This document shows positions 27,351 through 30,188 of a stretch of DNA of 30,188 nucleotides, one piece after another. A program made the translations under genes and the position numbers. A model generated the notes under the pieces. That model was not told the origin of the DNA. It saw nothing but the letters and a program-made list of their open reading frames with translations, and searched no databases. Position 1 is the stretch's first letter. The number at the start of each line of letters is the position of its first letter. This DNA is from Candidatus Saccharimonadales bacterium (lineage in GTDB: Bacteria > Patescibacteriota > Saccharimonadia > Saccharimonadales > UBA4665): assembly GCA_049790715.1 (NCBI GenBank), contig JBAQZF010000024.1, forward strand, positions 1 through 30,188, in the 5' to 3' direction.

Positions 27351-28625
27351 TTAAGTGTCAGGGAATTGGCGCTGTTTAACGGCTTCCCAATAGCGTGATT
27401 GCCGCACGAGCTTGCTGGCATCATCGGGATTTTTCAATAAGACTTTGACAGCCTCTTCGGCGAAGACGCCGTTTTGCGAGCCTTTTGCCAAAATGATGGT
27501 ACCATCCGTAATCTGCTGAGCGACATACTCGCCTGCTTCGTACGGACTATCACATGTTTTGACGACGCAACCTTGCTTCTCGGCAGCTGACGCTAAATGA
27601 CTATTTGCCTGTTTGCCAATAGTGACTACTAGATCAAGTTTGGCTGGATCACAATAGGCACCGACTTCTTGATGCAATTTCGGACTATCAGCCCCCAGCT
27701 CATTCATGCTACCGAGGATGGCGATGCGCCGCTTAGCCCGAGCGCTGCCTAAAACATCCAGTGCCGCTTTGACGGCTACGGGGCTAGCGTTATAAGTATC
27801 GTCAATGATGATCGCGTCCTGCTTGCCAGCTAAAACCTGCATGCGGCCAGCTACCGGTGTAATCGTTTGTAAGCCTTTTTGAATAGCCTCGACTACTACA
27901 CCAAGCATGTCAGCGACCGCCACCGCGGCTAGAGCAATTTTGGCTCCTTGTTCGCCTAGGACGGACACCTCGGTAGTTAGCTGCTTAGCTGCTGGTAAAT
28001 CAAACGTCAACTGCTGGCCTTGTAAAACATCGGCTTGACGCTTAGTTATTTTGTAGTCGGCCGCTTTGTGCAGCGCATAGCTGAGGTAATCTGACTCAGG
28101 TAGGTATTCGTCCGCTATATCTTCTATGTTTAATAGTACTTTTTTGGAAAAACTCAGCGGTACGAGCTCCTCTGTAGCTACTGCGTCGAGCGTTTTGAAA
28201 TACTGCATATGCTCATCAGCTATGGCAGTTATAACGGTAATGTCAGGTTGCAAGTACGCGAAGTGGCGCAGTTGGCCAGGCCCATCAGTGCCAAGCTCTA
28301 GTACAGCGATGTCATAGGGATACGGCTGCTTCAAGGTCTGTCGGTTTTTGAGCAAAATCTTCAGCCACGCGAATATATTAAAAATCCCTGGCTCTGTATG
28401 GCCAAATAACACCAGCGGCACCGTCAGGCGATCATTATAATTACCGTCTTGATAGACAACCCGCGCGCTACTACCAAGGGTTTTAGCAATCGCTAGCTTC
28501 GTAGAAGTTTTGCCAACGCTACCGGCTATGGCGACCACTTGAAAAGTATTGTTCTGGCGCAATTGCCGTACCTGCCGCTCCAGGACGCGACACAAAAGCG
28601 TTTTACCAAGTTTCTTGGGAGTCAT
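27351..28625 (-). CDS. murF: UDP-MurNAc-tripeptide--D-Ala-D-Ala ligase
   Basis: AIAGSVGKTSTK, GRM, IIDDTYNASP, ILGSMNELG, AKGSQ; adjacent to ddl. Confidence 0.9.
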   Translation of the reverse strand: MTPKKLGKTLLCRVLERQVRQLRQNNTFQVVAIAGSVGKTSTKLAIAKTLGSSARVVYQDGNYNDRLTVPLVLFGHTEPGIFNIFAWLKILLKNRQTLKQPYPYDIAVLELGTDGPGQLRHFAYLQPDITVITAIADEHMQYFKTLDAVATEELVPLSFSKKVLLNIEDIADEYLPESDYLSYALHKAADYKITKRQADVLQGQQLTFDLPAAKQLTTEVSVLGEQGAKIALAAVAVADMLGVVVEAIQKGLQTITPVAGRMQVLAGKQDAIIIDDTYNASPVAVKAALDVLGSARAKRRIAILGSMNELGADSPKLHQEVGAYCDPAKLDLVVTIGKQANSHLASAAEKQGCVVKTCDSPYEAGEYVAQQITDGTIILAKGSQNGVFAEEAVKVLLKNPDDASKLVRQSRYWEAVKQRQFPDT

Positions 28626-28655
28626 GATTTAGGCCGTTGTTAGTAATAGTACCGA

Positions 28656-28743
28656 TGGTGGGCGAGGTGGGACTTGAACCCACAAGGTTTATGCAACCAA
28701 CGGATTTTAAGTCCGTCGCGTATACCAATTCCGCCACTCGCCC
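28656..28743 (-). tRNA. tRNA-Leu(TAA)
   Basis: Acceptor GGGCGAG/CTCGCCC, anticodon arm ACGGA-CTTAAAA-TCCGT, long variable arm, GGTTCAAGTCC, CCA. Confidence 0.96.
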
Positions 28744-28773
28744 CTGCTAAGCCACGCCTTCATTATACAGAAT

Positions 28774-29181
28774 TTAGAGCTGTACCCGATTATTTTCTAT
28801 TGCTTTTGTTAGCGCCAGGGTACCTGTCGACAGGCGCTGCCTAACAGTTGTTGGACGACGCAAATCAAAGTAACCGAGCCTGTCATGCATGTCTTCTCGG
28901 GGATATGGTTGGCCTTCCACGATCCTCGCGAGGAACCAGTGAAAGGTACGCTCCCTACCATTACCCTTAAAGTCAAAGCTCCCTAGCATGTCGATAACCG
29001 CCACCCTTACTCCAAGTTCTTCCAGAGCCTCACGCGCAGCCGCGTCTTTGGCAGTTTCACCCTCGTGGGCCTTGCCACCTGGTAGCTCCCACTCCGTAAG
29101 TCGCGGCGTGTTACGATGAATCAGTAAAACCCTCCGTTGCGAATCGGTTAAAACACAGCTCGCATGTTGTTCGGGAGTCAT
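28774..29181 (-). CDS. NUDIX hydrolase (MutT-like)
   Basis: WELPGGKAHEGETAKDAAAREALEELG. Confidence 0.9.
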   Translation of the reverse strand: MTPEQHASCVLTDSQRRVLLIHRNTPRLTEWELPGGKAHEGETAKDAAAREALEELGVRVAVIDMLGSFDFKGNGRERTFHWFLARIVEGQPYPREDMHDRLGYFDLRRPTTVRQRLSTGTLALTKAIENNRVQL

Positions 29182-29223
29182 TGGCTAGCTATCCCAATTT
29201 ATAGTAATGATGACATTATACAC

Positions 29224-29297
29224 TGGAGGCGCCGAGCGGAATCGAACCGCCATACGAGCTTTTGCAGAGCCCTGCCTAACCACTCGGCCACAGCGCC
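29224..29297 (-). tRNA. tRNA-Cys(GCA)
   Basis: Acceptor GGCGCTG/CGGCGCC, anticodon loop CTGCAAA, GGTTCGATTCC, U discriminator then CCA. Confidence 0.95.
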
Positions 29298-29358
29298 ATT
29301 TACTGTATCAGTCTATCATGAAAAACACTTTTAACGGGAGTACGTTGCTGACTTACGA

Positions 29359-29748
29359 TTAATCAGTCCACCAGTCGCGTTCCAGCTGGGCATCATTCTT
29401 TTCGGTGTGTGGCGCGCCAAAGATCAACAGCTCCATGCCGTCTGGGCCAGCTTCGAAGCCGCGCATCACCTCTTTGGGTACTCTAACCGCGTCCCAAGTC
29501 TTGAGATCACGCACTTCATCATCCAGTTTCACTCGGCCACTACCATTGACTACGATAAAAACTTCTTCCTGCACGTCATGGGTATGACCAAAATCCATCC
29601 GATGATTCGGCTGTAATTTCTGATAACCCAAACCTGATTTTTCTAAGCCCAAAGGCTTGGTCGCGAACCGCGCTTCATAGCCAGTGCGACCAAATTTAGC
29701 CGCCATATCTTCTAGGTCTTTAAGATTGAGGATCGTGTAACCAGACAT
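29359..29748 (-). CDS. Cupin-domain protein
   Basis: HTHDVQEEVFIVVNGSG metal motif, VRVP...MRGF.AG.DG.ELLIFG. Confidence 0.85.
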   Translation of the reverse strand: MSGYTILNLKDLEDMAAKFGRTGYEARFATKPLGLEKSGLGYQKLQPNHRMDFGHTHDVQEEVFIVVNGSGRVKLDDEVRDLKTWDAVRVPKEVMRGFEAGPDGMELLIFGAPHTEKNDAQLERDWWTD

Positions 29749-29777
29749 CTAAGTTACATAGTACAGCGAATAGACGA

Positions 29778-30188
29778 TTAGAAGAACAGTATCTTAATTA
29801 CAGATAGTATTATTACTACTGTAAATAAATCTTTGACCCAGATATTTCCTTTTGCTATCGCGGCATGTGCTCCTACGAATCCACCTATCAGCATTCCTAA
29901 AAATATTGTTATCGCGGGCCATATTTCGATAAATCCATAGAAAGAATATATAATCGCTGGCACAAGCGCAGAGAGTAATTCACTCGGGGTGTTAGTCGCA
30001 TAGCCCCGAATTATTTCATAGCCAAAAAAGTACATCATAACTAGCAGAATAACGGTTCCTCCACCCGCCCCTACTATTGCTCCTTCTACTGCCAGTAAAG
30101 AATATATTATCAAGCCGATAATTTTTTTAGCCTTTGACGGATTAGTCTGCTTCAGGCCGATGCTCTTACTAAAAAAGAAAAGTGGCAG
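29778..30188 (-). CDS. TSUP (TauE/SafE) family membrane protein, 5' part outside the window
   Basis: Frame open to the right edge; GAIVGAGGG and GMLIGGFVGAH.A motifs in a very hydrophobic sequence. Confidence 0.75.
   Translation of the reverse strand: MPLFFFSKSIGLKQTNPSKAKKIIGLIIYSLLAVEGAIVGAGGGTVILLVMMYFFGYEIIRGYATNTPSELLSALVPAIIYSFYGFIEIWPAITIFLGMLIGGFVGAHAAIAKGNIWVKDLFTVVIILSVIKILFF

Overview
Bacterial chromosomal segment using the standard code (TGA is a stop). Compact gene content, ribosomal-protein and LeuRS variants, and promoter-proximal starts suggest Candidatus Saccharibacteria (TM7/CPR); this is an inference. The right two thirds hold housekeeping genes (typA, DEAD helicase, rarA, trmD-khpA-rpsP, rnc-NUDIX-nusB-rpmF, leuS, ddl, murF), three tRNAs (Gln-CTG, Leu-TAA, Cys-GCA) and small accessory genes. 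The left 6.4 kb is a co-oriented (- strand) defence-like island downstream of typA: a zeta/PNK-like P-loop kinase with permuted motif order, a translationally coupled DUF2188 protein, an RxxxxH (HEPN-like) protein, a beta-class DNA methyltransferase plus MvaI/BcnI-family endonuclease, a probably queuine-salvage-type tgt, and a large Zn-ribbon DNA methyltransferase running off the left edge. Non-coding signals include a divergent SAM-I-like riboswitch, a promoter-structured RNA-terminator unit before trmD, a long hairpin leader on the helicase gene, an in-frame palindromic insert in leuS and widespread apparently leaderless genes.
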